A DNA stretch of 64,000 bases, taken from contig OY969695.1 in NCBI GenBank assembly GCA_963701965.1, positions 352,001 through 416,000 of the forward strand. The letters are read 5' to 3'. The translations under genes and the position numbers were made by a program. The stretch comes from an uncultured Gemmatimonadales bacterium. Its GTDB lineage: Bacteria; Gemmatimonadota; Gemmatimonadetes; Gemmatimonadales; Gemmatimonadaceae. Positions 7,920-17,797 of this stretch are shown piece after piece (the first letter of the stretch is position 1; every line of letters begins with the position of its first letter). Below the pieces are notes generated by a model. The model was not told the DNA's origin. It ran no database searches and was given only the letters and a program-made list of their open reading frames with translations.

Positions 7920-9622
7920 CAGATGCTGATCGTTTGGGCGCCGCGGGCGCGTGTGAGCCAGATCATGTAGAACGTGCGCACGACGAAGATGGCCGAGATC
8001 ATCGAGGCCAGAATGCCGGCGATGAGGGTCACCGCGAAGCCGCGCACGGGTCCACTGCCATATTGATAGAGCACGGCCGCCGTCAGCACCGTCGAGACGT
8101 TGGAGTCGACGATGGCGCTCATCGCATGCCGGAATCCTTCGTCAATGGCCGTGCGCACCGTCTTGCCGTGGTCGAGCTCTTCGCGGATGCGTTCGAAGAT
8201 CAGCACGTTGGCGTCGACCGCGATACCGATCGACAACACGAATCCGGCGAGCCCCGGCAGGGTCAGCACGGCGTCGAATCCGGCCAGAGCGGCGAGCGTG
8301 TACAGGAGGTACAAGGTCAGGCCGCCGATCGCCAGCAGCCCGGAGAACCGGTAATAGACGAGCATGATGACGACGACGAGCGCGATGGCGATGACACCGG
8401 CCTGCAAGCCGTCGTGCACGGAGTCGGTGCCCAGGCTGGCGCCAATGGCGCGTTCCTCGACGATCCGAAGCGGGACGGGTAGCGCGCCGGCTCGCAGCAC
8501 GAGCGCCAGGTCCTGCGCGGCTTGGAGATCGCGGCCGCCCATCGTGATCTGGCCGCGCGAGCCGATGGCGCCTTCGATGATCGGGGGGCGTCCCATGACC
8601 AGGGTGTCGAGCACGATGGCCATGTAGTCGCGGACGTGGCGCGCGGTCTCGGTCTGGAACCGGCGGCCGCCCTCGCGGCTCAAGGTGAACTCGACCTTGG
8701 TACCTTCGGTGGGGTCGCTGGCGGGTTTGGCGTCGGTGAGATACTCGCCGGTAATGATCGGTCGCGAGTCGACGACGTAGAGGGCGCGATAGCCCCGCCC
8801 GCCGAGCGACGTCGTGTCGCTCGACCACCGGATCACTTTGCCGGCCGGCAACGCCGCTTGGACGTCGGGCATCGCCAGATACCGGTTGACGACGCCGGCG
8901 TCGGTCTTGGCGACGTAGTACTCGCCGGGCATCTGGCCTTGCTGCACAAGCTTCGAGAACGCCCCGCCCTGGCCGCCGAGGTTGAGGGCCGCGGAGTCGG
9001 TGCCGGCCGAGTCTTTCTTGGCCTTGCCCTTTTTGCCGGTGTCGGACGGCGTGGTGAACAGACCTTGGATCCCCTTGTCGGGGGCCGCGGCCGGCGCGCC
9101 CGGCGTCGCCGCTGCCGGGTTTGCGCCGGCGTTGGTCTTGAGGAGCTGATCGATATGCGGCATCGCCTTCTGCAGCGCCTCGGTCTTGTCGACAATCTGG
9201 AACTGCAGGAACGCCGACTGCGAGACGATGTCGTGGGCGCGCTTGGGGTCGCTCACGCCGGGGAGCTCGACAATGATCCGGTCGTTGCCGGCTTTCTGCA
9301 CGACGGGCTCCGCCACGCCGAACTGGTCAATGCGGGTGCGGACGACCGTGAGGGCGCGATCAATGGCGTCGCTCACATTGGGCACGGTGCCCTGGGTCTG
9401 GTTGACTTCCAGGGCCATATGAATGCCGCCCTGGAGGTCGAGGCCGCGCTTGATGGGAATACGGTACACGGTGTCGGTCACCGTCAGCCCGGTCGCCGAG
9501 TCGACCAGGACCTCCCCGTCCTTCGACAAGCGGCTCTCGGCCACCTTCCGGGGGAACAACACCCAGACGGACGCGGCGATGAGCGCGAGTACGGCGAGGA
9601 TTCGGATCTTCAAATTCGACAT
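7919..9622 (-). CDS. secD: Protein translocase subunit SecD
   Basis: GLDLQGG, RIDQFGVAEP, LRAGALP, AVDANVLIFERIREE. Start at MSNLKIR. Confidence 0.96.
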   Translation of the reverse strand: MSNLKIRILAVLALIAASVWVLFPRKVAESRLSKDGEVLVDSATGLTVTDTVYRIPIKRGLDLQGGIHMALEVNQTQGTVPNVSDAIDRALTVVRTRIDQFGVAEPVVQKAGNDRIIVELPGVSDPKRAHDIVSQSAFLQFQIVDKTEALQKAMPHIDQLLKTNAGANPAAATPGAPAAAPDKGIQGLFTTPSDTGKKGKAKKDSAGTDSAALNLGGQGGAFSKLVQQGQMPGEYYVAKTDAGVVNRYLAMPDVQAALPAGKVIRWSSDTTSLGGRGYRALYVVDSRPIITGEYLTDAKPASDPTEGTKVEFTLSREGGRRFQTETARHVRDYMAIVLDTLVMGRPPIIEGAIGSRGQITMGGRDLQAAQDLALVLRAGALPVPLRIVEERAIGASLGTDSVHDGLQAGVIAIALVVVIMLVYYRFSGLLAIGGLTLYLLYTLAALAGFDAVLTLPGLAGFVLSIGIAVDANVLIFERIREELDHGKTVRTAIDEGFRHAMSAIVDSNVSTVLTAAVLYQYGSGPVRGFAVTLIAGILASMISAIFVVRTFYMIWLTRARGAQTISI

Positions 9623-9686
9623 AGCTTTGTAGGTTAGCGCCCCAGCGCGCCGCCTGCCAGTCTGGGCCGCCGGCACCCCGGGTTCG

Positions 9687-10217
9687 CTATCCCGTCGGCC
9701 GGCGACACTCCCGGATGGCTGCACGGAGCGCCTCGGCTACGGCCTCCGCGTGTTCTCGGGTGTCAACATAAAGCGCAAACTGGGGCAGCCGGCGCGTCAG
9801 TTGACGCGCGAAGTCGTGCATGACGACGGGAGCGGAGCCTTTCGTCTCCATCGTCGCGATCTCCCAGAACGGCGGATCGTACTGAAACGCCACCGCCGCG
9901 CCCAGGTTGACCACGACGCTGTCCTGACGGATCATGGTCACGCTGTCGCTCGCCAGGTCGGCCAGCGACACCGAGTCCTGGACGTCGCTGCTGGTATTGC
10001 TCCGCACCCTACCGTGGACGACAAGGGTGCACGAGGCGGCGCGAACATCGACGATCTGTCGCTCTGCACGCGCGATCGGCCTGGTGGTCACGATCGAATA
10101 CTCGAAACTCGAGTATTGGGGCAACACACTGGCGAGCCACGCCAGCGAATCTGGCGCCGGCAAGACGCGCCCTGCCGCGAAAGCCGATGCTACCCAGAGG
10201 GGCCAGAGGATGCTCAT
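9687..10217 (-). CDS. Hypothetical exported protein
   Basis: Signal-peptide-like N-terminus (MSILWPLWVASAFA). ATGA overlap with the upstream lipoprotein gene. Confidence 0.6.
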   Translation of the reverse strand: MSILWPLWVASAFAAGRVLPAPDSLAWLASVLPQYSSFEYSIVTTRPIARAERQIVDVRAASCTLVVHGRVRSNTSSDVQDSVSLADLASDSVTMIRQDSVVVNLGAAVAFQYDPPFWEIATMETKGSAPVVMHDFARQLTRRLPQFALYVDTREHAEAVAEALRAAIRECRRPTG

Positions 10218-10645
10218 GGTCGCCGCAGCTCCACGCGTCCGTCTGTTGTAACGACGAACTGCGATACATGCATCGAGTTCGATGCGGCCGCACCCACGGT
10301 GTAACAGCCGGGAGCAAGCTGCCGTGGCATCACGCCCATTACCCGCCAGGTGGTATCTGGGACAACGCCGAGCGTAACCACCGTCGGGCGAAAAACTCGA
10401 TCGTATCTCCGTTCAGTGCGGTGTATTGACCAGAGTAACACTTCGGCAGCGCGGTCACATCCGGTTGCAATACTGACGTCCCACAAATTCGGGAGCGCCT
10501 CTGACGGATCTGTCGCTTCCCCAAGTCGTACCTGCACCCTCGACGGAGTCGATGTATCGAGAACCGAGAGCGAAAACAGGTTCTGGCACCCGGTCATCGC
10601 CAGGGTCCACGAGACGGAAGCTACGATCACCAAGGCTGGGCGCAC
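10214..10645 (-). CDS. Hypothetical lipoprotein, candidate RHS immunity protein (paralog 1)
   Basis: GTG start 4 nt after the RHS stop. Hydrophobic leader with lipobox-like LAMTG-C. Clear paralog at 15486-15939. Confidence 0.7.
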   Translation of the reverse strand: MRPALVIVASVSWTLAMTGCQNLFSLSVLDTSTPSRVQVRLGEATDPSEALPNLWDVSIATGCDRAAEVLLWSIHRTERRYDRVFRPTVVTLGVVPDTTWRVMGVMPRQLAPGCYTVGAAASNSMHVSQFVVTTDGRVELRRP

Positions 10646-10649
10646 CGGT

Positions 10650-13600
10650 CTATGGAACCACGTGGAACGAGATGGTATACGGTACAATACGAGTCGCGGC
10701 CGCGTGCATACTGTTAGACGGATTTTGAGCCGCGGCGACCAAATCGGCTTGTTGCTCGTAGTTGTATGACTGGAACGTCCGCGGCGAAGTCGCGACGGAG
10801 TTAATATCGTAGGGGTCCGACGCAAGGGTTGTCGAGACGCCTGAGAGGGAATTCTGCGCTTGCAGACCCAATTCAGTACCATAGAATCGCGCCTCACCCC
10901 ATTTCGAACCTACCTGTTCGTCCTTCTCCCGCTGTTGTTCGACGTGTGTGAACTCGTGCGTTAGTGTTTCGTCGTTCGTTTGCGTGCCATCTTCCGGGAC
11001 GAACACGATATCGCCCATAGTGACCGCTCGCTTGTTCAAATCGACCAATTTTTGCGTGAGCCAAGCGATGCCAACTCTCCCCGCATCGAGGTCGCGGAAC
11101 GGACTGTTGATCTGCGCCGCGCCCCACGAGAATGGATCAGGATACGCCCCTTCGCCCGTCGGTGTCGCCGGGTCGCTCGCGCCATCTCCTCCACACACCA
11201 AGACGTCGAAGCTGTAGCTCTGGCCGTCTTTAGTCTGAACCGTCACACGGTACTTCGTGCAATCACCTTCGGCATCGATGTTGTTGATCGGGTTGTTGGC
11301 AGCGTACGTATATCCGTTGATGTCACCCGTGATCATCTTCGGGTCGGCGGACATGAACCGACCGAACCTCGGGTTGTAATATCTTGCGCCAAAGTAGTAC
11401 AGCCCCGTCTCACTATCCACCTGTTGGCTGGCGAATCGACGCCAGTCGTTGAGGGCCACGGTCGACGTTTCTATGGAGCCGTACGGGTTGTACACGTACT
11501 TGTTCACGATAGAACCAGTCGAGTTGATCACGCCTACCATGTTGCCCGGCGGCTCCGTCACATAGTAATACATGGTTGTGCCGCCGTACCGGACCCCATG
11601 TAAGTGGGATCCGCTTGGGTACCACACGTACTCTCTTTGCCTCAGACCGATGCTGTCCGTCTCCGCGTACACGTTCTGCCCATCCCAGAAGTAGTCCGTC
11701 TGCGCGCCGGAGAATGTGGTCTTACGTACGCGTCGGCCGCGCCCATCGTATCCAAATGAGACTTTCCCCGAACCGCTAACGATCACACTGTCCAGCCCAC
11801 CGAGCGAGTTCCAGTAGTACAGCCCGAGGGTGGTCCACACCCCAGCCACCTGCCGCATCCACGAGGTCACGTTGCCATCGAGGTCGTACACCAGCGAGTC
11901 TGATGCGAAACGTGTCAATCGATTTCCGGGCTGGACCACGGCGCCAGAGTCGGTCCGATTCCCGGCCAGATCGAAGGCGAAGGTGATTTTGTTGGATGTC
12001 GTCGTGTCGCCCTCTGTGTAGCAGGTTCGGCCGGTCTTGGGATCTACGCGGAATGCCGTGCCTGGCGCGCAGGTGTAGACCAGGCCCGTCGCCACGAAAT
12101 CGTGGTAGGAGACCAAACGACTTGCGAGATCATAGACATATTTCCGCCCGGAGTAACCACTGCTGGTGATGGTCGAGACCGGAATGCGCTCGCTGTGATT
12201 ACTCACCGAGTCGAAGGTGATGTTGATCCCAAACGCCGAGTTCATCGTGGGATCGCTGTAGGTGATCGAGCTTGGGCTGTGTGTGCTGGGGAAGCCCATC
12301 AGAACATTGATCCCCACTCCTGCCGTGTTGGGAATCGTTTCCTGGATCGGCTGAGCGTCCTGGTTATACAGAAACGTCGTCTTGAGCCCCGCCACATCCG
12401 TTAGGGTATCGAGCTCCAGGGCATGTCCGTACCCGTAGTGAACGGTAGACGCCCATGGCGCCACGATCGAGACGCTTTGCCGGAGATTTCGATTGTTGTA
12501 CGAAGCATCGACTTCGAACCGATGACCTCGTCGCCACGAAATCTGTGCTGTCACACGGCCGGCGAGATCGTACTTCACGGTGTCGACGCTCTCACCATTG
12601 CTCCAGACGAGGAAGCGCCCGAGGGGGTCGTTCACGTAGGTGGACATTTGGCCGTCCGCGGTGCGCGACATGCGCTGGTCGAGCACATCGTAGGTTGCCG
12701 TAACACCCCCCCCTCGGCGATTGGTACGCGACAGCTGATTGCCGTCGGGGTCATATGTCATCTCGATCATCCGGCTACCAGGGTCGATGATCGTGTCGAC
12801 CCAACCCAGAGCATTCGGAAAGAACTGCGTGACGTGACCGGCAGCATCCCGCACTGCCGTAGCATAGAGGTGGTTGTATGTGAACGTCGTCGTGTCGTGG
12901 AGCGGCCCAATCTCCGCCGTGAGGCGGTTGATGTTGTCGTAGCGCAAGAGCGTCAGAGCCCCGATCGCATTGACGACGGAGTCTCTGATGCCACATGAGT
13001 TGAAACCGTACGTCGTCGTAGATCCGGATTGCGTAACAGAGGCCTCGTTCTGAAAACCCAATGTCGCGTAGCTATAGCTCGTCACAAAGTGATCCGGATC
13101 CGAAATAGTCAGGATGCGCCCTCGACCGTCATACGTGAACGCCGCCGCGCTGTCTGCCGCTGATCCCGTCCGCGAACTATCCATCTTGCCGGCTGACCAG
13201 TAGAACCACGTGGTGTCGCTGGGACTCGTTGTCCTTTGGACTTGATTGTAGGTCGGCTCGTAGCTTGAAGAGACGGTGGCTCCCGTTTGGTGGTCAGACG
13301 TCGACGTGAGGTTCGGCCCGGTCCATGTGTTGTCGACTTGATCCCCCGCTGGCGTTATAGTCGATGTAATCTGCGACGCGGCGTTGCGGTGATAAATGGT
13401 GTTTCGGCCCAGCGGCGCGAAGACCTCCAACGATGCCCCGAACCGATCGAGCAGGTACAATGTCGTGTTGCCGCGGGGGTTCGTCGCCATCGCTTTCACC
13501 GTGGTCGGGTCGACGCGAGCAGCGGGACTCGCTGTCGTGCCATGGCCGGATGCCGGGTCGACGAGCTCGTTTGCCTCCAGCGAATGGAATGCATTGACGG

Positions 13601-15155
13601 GCCGCATGAGGACACCGTTCGCCGTCACCGACGGAAGCGTGTCAGTGGCCAAGTGGCCGGCAAAATCATAGGACCATGACCATGTGTTGCCTCCACGGTC
13701 GATGTTGCGAACCATGCGGTGGTTTGCATCGTAGGTGGCATTCAAGAAAAGGCCCAAAGTGAAGTTGAGCTCTGGATCCTCGACCTGCGCCAGATCATTG
13801 GACGCGGGAACGACACTGAACCAGCTGGAACGTCCGCATGGATCACCGATTCTTCGAATAGCACCTGCCTTCCAGCCGTCGGTCCCGTCGCCATAGAAGA
13901 ACCCCGTCACCAAGCCAACGGGATCAGTAATGGTGAGGAGCCGGCTGCTCGCGTCGTACGCGTATTTCGTCGCATTGCCGAAACGATCGGCATTCCGAAT
14001 CAGTCGACCATCGCTCCGGTAGCCCAGCGTGGTGCCATCGGGAAACCGCCGATCGTATTTGATACTGTCGGACCCAATCGTCGTCCGCGAGGTGACGACG
14101 GTGAAGTCGCCCGCCGGCGATACATAGGTACAGCCAGAGGCGCAGCCGATCACGAGGCTTTGAAAAAAGGCGAGGGAGCCCTGACCGTCGCTGATGACGA
14201 GTGAGCCATCGGATTGGGCATACACGCGTCCAACGTCCGCGACCGTCCATCCCGAACCAAAGACACTCCCGCGTTCGTTCTCGAGCAGCACCCGCACAGT
14301 GGCCGAATCCTGCACGGTCGTGCCACCGGGGAACGTCTTGATCACGTTCAATAGATAGTAATACGCTCCGGTCGCCGTGTCCGGAGCCGGCGGAACAAAC
14401 TGTCCGGCCACCCGGGTGGCGCTGTTGACGACTCCATCCGCGAATACGATGGATGAGCTGCCGTTTGTAAACGTCACGAACGCACCGTTGGAACGCTTGA
14501 CCTGCAGCGTCACAGTCGTTGGGGGCGTGGCAGAACTATCGCTCTCATCTGCGACCACGGTGACGAGGGGATTAGCGCGGTTCGATCGATACGCGAGGGT
14601 TGTCGATCGTGGGATGTCGAGCGACGTGTAGGCGGGCGTCGTGTACTTCGCGATCTCATCAAAGCAGTTGGCCACACAGAGCCGCACATCCCTACTGTCG
14701 CCGTTCGTGGCCGCGGTATTGAGATGCGGATTGCCGGGGGTGTAAGTCCACGTCGCGCTCGCACCTCCGACGACCGGGTTGAGGGAGATGAGCGCATGGG
14801 TAATCTCGGACAGCGTGTTCGCACCGGGCAGCAGCGCGATGGTCGCCGTGATGGCACGCGGGGTCGTGCAACCGGTCCCCGTAGTCGCCGTGAAGGCACT
14901 CGACACATTGTAACCGTCATACGTGACGGTGTCGGTCCCACCAGGCGCCCCACAGATCGTGATAGTGACGACCAATTTATTCACGTGGACCGTACCGGAT
15001 GCCGGACTGATGGTCACCGTTGGTTGTGGAACCGGACATCCCGGGTCGCCTGGAGTACAAATGTTGGGTTGAAAGACCTGACCCAATAGCCGTCCGAGCG
15101 GCATCAAGAGACCGCACGTGGTCAGCACACCGGCCAAGCACCGCGCAAGCAACAT
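10650..15155 (-). CDS. RHS/YD-repeat protein with C-terminal HEXXH metallopeptidase-like domain
   Basis: Many YD repeats. RHS core ETGLYYFGARYYNPRFGRFMSADP...YAANNPINNIDAEG. Tip contains AVTMGDIVF...LTHEFTHVEQQ...YNYEQQA. Signal-like N-terminus MLLARCLAGVL. Confidence 0.9.
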   Translation of the reverse strand: MLLARCLAGVLTTCGLLMPLGRLLGQVFQPNICTPGDPGCPVPQPTVTISPASGTVHVNKLVVTITICGAPGGTDTVTYDGYNVSSAFTATTGTGCTTPRAITATIALLPGANTLSEITHALISLNPVVGGASATWTYTPGNPHLNTAATNGDSRDVRLCVANCFDEIAKYTTPAYTSLDIPRSTTLAYRSNRANPLVTVVADESDSSATPPTTVTLQVKRSNGAFVTFTNGSSSIVFADGVVNSATRVAGQFVPPAPDTATGAYYYLLNVIKTFPGGTTVQDSATVRVLLENERGSVFGSGWTVADVGRVYAQSDGSLVISDGQGSLAFFQSLVIGCASGCTYVSPAGDFTVVTSRTTIGSDSIKYDRRFPDGTTLGYRSDGRLIRNADRFGNATKYAYDASSRLLTITDPVGLVTGFFYGDGTDGWKAGAIRRIGDPCGRSSWFSVVPASNDLAQVEDPELNFTLGLFLNATYDANHRMVRNIDRGGNTWSWSYDFAGHLATDTLPSVTANGVLMRPVNAFHSLEANELVDPASGHGTTASPAARVDPTTVKAMATNPRGNTTLYLLDRFGASLEVFAPLGRNTIYHRNAASQITSTITPAGDQVDNTWTGPNLTSTSDHQTGATVSSSYEPTYNQVQRTTSPSDTTWFYWSAGKMDSSRTGSAADSAAAFTYDGRGRILTISDPDHFVTSYSYATLGFQNEASVTQSGSTTTYGFNSCGIRDSVVNAIGALTLLRYDNINRLTAEIGPLHDTTTFTYNHLYATAVRDAAGHVTQFFPNALGWVDTIIDPGSRMIEMTYDPDGNQLSRTNRRGGGVTATYDVLDQRMSRTADGQMSTYVNDPLGRFLVWSNGESVDTVKYDLAGRVTAQISWRRGHRFEVDASYNNRNLRQSVSIVAPWASTVHYGYGHALELDTLTDVAGLKTTFLYNQDAQPIQETIPNTAGVGINVLMGFPSTHSPSSITYSDPTMNSAFGINITFDSVSNHSERIPVSTITSSGYSGRKYVYDLASRLVSYHDFVATGLVYTCAPGTAFRVDPKTGRTCYTEGDTTTSNKITFAFDLAGNRTDSGAVVQPGNRLTRFASDSLVYDLDGNVTSWMRQVAGVWTTLGLYYWNSLGGLDSVIVSGSGKVSFGYDGRGRRVRKTTFSGAQTDYFWDGQNVYAETDSIGLRQREYVWYPSGSHLHGVRYGGTTMYYYVTEPPGNMVGVINSTGSIVNKYVYNPYGSIETSTVALNDWRRFASQQVDSETGLYYFGARYYNPRFGRFMSADPKMITGDINGYTYAANNPINNIDAEGDCTKYRVTVQTKDGQSYSFDVLVCGGDGASDPATPTGEGAYPDPFSWGAAQINSPFRDLDAGRVGIAWLTQKLVDLNKRAVTMGDIVFVPEDGTQTNDETLTHEFTHVEQQREKDEQVGSKWGEARFYGTELGLQAQNSLSGVSTTLASDPYDINSVATSPRTFQSYNYEQQADLVAAAQNPSNSMHAAATRIVPYTISFHVVP

Positions 15156-15210
15156 GGAGAGGCTCCGGAAGTCGAACCGCTCAATGTCGCTCGTGCGATT
15201 GACGCGCACA

Positions 15211-15251
15211 GTGGACCAATGGGGCGTGCCCGTGGATCAATGGGGCGTGCC
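15211..15251. repeat. Tandem 21-bp-period direct repeat upstream of the RHS gene
   Basis: GTGGACCAATGGGGCGTGCC-C-GTGGATCAATGGGGCGTGCC (1 mismatch). Confidence 0.75.
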
Positions 15252-15369
15252 GCAGATAATAGCACGATCCATCCGCCCTTGCCCCATTCACGCCTTCCGT
15301 CTCATACCTTGTACCGACTCGACGCTCGGCACTGCGGTTGCGGTACGCCGACACCTGGCGACGTGGTAG

Positions 15370-15467
15370 GGTCTATTCGTCCCGACGCCCGCGGGATCAC
15401 GTGGGGCGCGAGATCAATGTCGTAGGCGAAGTCGCCGGCGCTCGTCACGTTAGCGACCAGCTTGACC
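15370..15467 (-). pseudogene. 3' fragment duplicating the end of the DUF4384-like gene (direct repeat of 17795-17891)
   Basis: Encodes VKLVANVTSAGDFAYDIDLAPHVIPRASG versus VKLVVNVTSAGDFAYDLDLAPHVIPRASGE. The DNA is near-identical. Confidence 0.85.
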
Positions 15468-15485
15468 GCTGCCCCGCGTCATCGG

Positions 15486-15939
15486 CTACGTCGGCGGCAC
15501 CTTTGGCTTCCGTCGTTTCGGCTCGACGCGTCCGGCCGCAGTCACGACAAATTGAGCCTGGGAGATGGAGTTCGAGGCCAATGCGTCCACGGTGTAGCAA
15601 CCGGGCGTGAGCGTCCGCGGCATCGTCCCACTCGTCCGCCAGCTCGTATCGGGCGCCACGCCGAGCGTGTACACCGCCGGACTCTCGCGTCTGGCTGCAC
15701 TGGGGGCGACGGACCAGAACAGCTTCTCGGTCGCCCGCTCGCACCCGGTGGCGATGCTAACAGACCACACGTCTCCGGGCGGTTCGGACGGACGCCCCAG
15801 CCACCCAAGTCGTACCTGCACCCTCGACGGAGTCAATGTATCGAGGAGCGTGACCGAGAACAGGTTCTGACATCCAACAAGTGCCAGCGTCAACGAGACG
15901 CAGGCCAGGCATTCGATAAGAATGCGAATGGGTTCGCAT
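15486..15939 (-). CDS. Hypothetical lipoprotein, paralog 2 of the candidate immunity protein (probable indel near start)
   Basis: LALVG-CQNLFSVTLLDTLTPSRVQVRLG...SIATGC...PGCYTV...QFVVT aligns with paralog 1. ATG at 15939 is one base out of frame. Confidence 0.65.
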
Positions 15940-15946
15940 GTCGTGG

Positions 15947-17219
15947 TCAGTCGGCCAGCCGAAAGGCATCGGCCATGTGCTCCCGCTCTCGCGCAGAGAC
16001 CGGGAGCTCGCCAGCAATCGTGCGCCATTGCCGCACGACCGCACGACTGCGCGTGATGATCTCGTTCGCGTCGCGCGCCGCAATGCGAAAGTATGGCGCG
16101 ACCGATCGCGCCAGATCGAGATCGATCGCGTTGTCGACCTCACTGACGTTGAGTGTCAGGCTGCGCGCTTCCGGCACGGGATTCATGTCAAAAAGCTTCG
16201 GACAATCGCCAGCCCTTGCCGGGCACGAAAATGAACCCATGGTTGCGCAAATGATCATCCGAGTTGGATACGAGCATGTTGAATGCGATCCGCGTCCACA
16301 GCTGACGCAAATCCCCATCGGTCTGCGCCCCGTGGTCGGTCAGCACCCGAGCGATCTCCAGATAGCTCGTGCCAGTCGACGCATCGTCGCCATCGGTGCG
16401 CCCCGTGAGGGTCATGGCCGACGCGAAATGGAGTCGCCGTCCCTGCGGCGTCCGGTCGAACCGCTTGACCAGAAATGTGTGGTACGGTTTCGCGAAGCGC
16501 CGCGCCAGACTCTCCGGCACGTGCACGCCGCAAGCGCTGGCTAGCGTTTGGACGAGGAGCTCCCATGCGCCGACGTCGTGCGTGTCGCTGGCGCTGGGAA
16601 ACTTGGCGATCCACAGGCGGCCGTCGGGATCGACAACGCTTGTCTTCGGTCGGGCGCCGCCGAGCGACCCTCCCGGCGCGATCAACAAGCGGAGCCAGTC
16701 ATCGCCCGCCGGCGCCGTATTGTCCTCGTCGCGCTCCAGCGCGAGACTCGCTGCCTGCAGCTCGCGCAATCGAACGAACGGCGGCGCCGCCAGTCCGTCC
16801 TGATTGTCGAGAAAGTCGCCGGTGTCGTCGCGACGAAAGCGCAGCGCGCCGGCGCGGAAGGCGTCGTGTACGCCGAGAAGATAGTCGGCCTCGTGCAACC
16901 GAACGCTTTTCGCACTTGGCCGGCCCGCTGCTGGCGCTCCAACCGGCGGTGCATGATGAGACGTCCCCAGCGATCAGGCCTGGCATCGGCGAAAACGCCA
17001 AAGGTCGTGCGCCCCTGCGGTGGGTATTGCCGGCCACTGAACAGGCCGAGCCGAGGATCGAGCTGCAGGTTGACGACCGGCGGACTGGAGAGGACCGCGG
17101 CGTCGAACTCGAACTCGAACACATCGTGTCGAGGGCCGGGCCGGGCGTGGAAGCAGACCGAGGCGCAGCGGTGCCGGTAGCCCATGCCAGTCCGCATACA
17201 CGCCGATCAGGACGCTCAC
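15947..17219 (-). pseudogene. hipA: HipA-family kinase toxin, split by 3 frameshifts (may be sequencing errors)
   Basis: Consecutive frames give VYADW..., FGVFADARPDRWGR, GALRF, GGSLGGARPK, IAKFP, LVKRFDR, NSDDHLRNHGF and AFDMNP. Shifts near 17150, 16900 and 16195. Confidence 0.8.
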
Positions 17220-17223
17220 GCGC

Positions 17224-17706
17224 TCAACGCCTCTGCTTCGACCCGGACGTGGCGGGCTCGATCAAGTGGGCCAGAGCGTTCGAGGAGACGAAGCCTTGCT
17301 TCTTGATCCAATCGCCGGCATCGGGCGCCGCCCGTCGCGGCGGTCGCCCCTCCCTGACCGCCGGAGCGGAGCGCGGCATCGCGGGCGAGGGTCGGCTCCC
17401 GGTCGGCTTCCGGCGGTGGGTTGACAGTCGGGCGTCTTGCAACTCACGGCCAACCGGATCGGCTTGCGCCAACACATCGAGATCGCGCTCGACTCCAAGA
17501 ACCTGCATGACCGCCAAATAGGCTCCGATGGTCACCCCAGCGCCGCCGCGTTCGACGCTGCGCAGAGTCATCGCGGACATGCCAGCTCGCTCCGCCACCT
17601 GCTTGGCGGAAAGCCGGCGCCGCAAACGCGCGACACTGAGCCGCTGGCCGAATTGACGCAGGAGCTCGGCGGTTGCCGGAAGAACGGGAGCGGTCGTCTT
17701 GGCCAT
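17224..17706 (-). CDS. XRE/HTH antitoxin (HipB-like)
   Basis: GQRLSVARLRRRLSAKQVAERAGMSAMTLRSVERG HTH. Directly upstream of hipA. Confidence 0.85.
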   Translation of the reverse strand: MAKTTAPVLPATAELLRQFGQRLSVARLRRRLSAKQVAERAGMSAMTLRSVERGGAGVTIGAYLAVMQVLGVERDLDVLAQADPVGRELQDARLSTHRRKPTGSRPSPAMPRSAPAVREGRPPRRAAPDAGDWIKKQGFVSSNALAHLIEPATSGSKQRR

Positions 17707-17797
17707 AGTGCCAATATTAATTAGAGCACTAATGCCGCAATGACGCCAGAATATTTACACTTTCTGTGGCTGTCGCCCGCGCGACCGGGACACCGGT

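Noticed and set aside
15947..17219. Selenocysteine readthrough explaining the split hipA
   Set aside because: The breaks are frame changes, not in-frame UGA codons.
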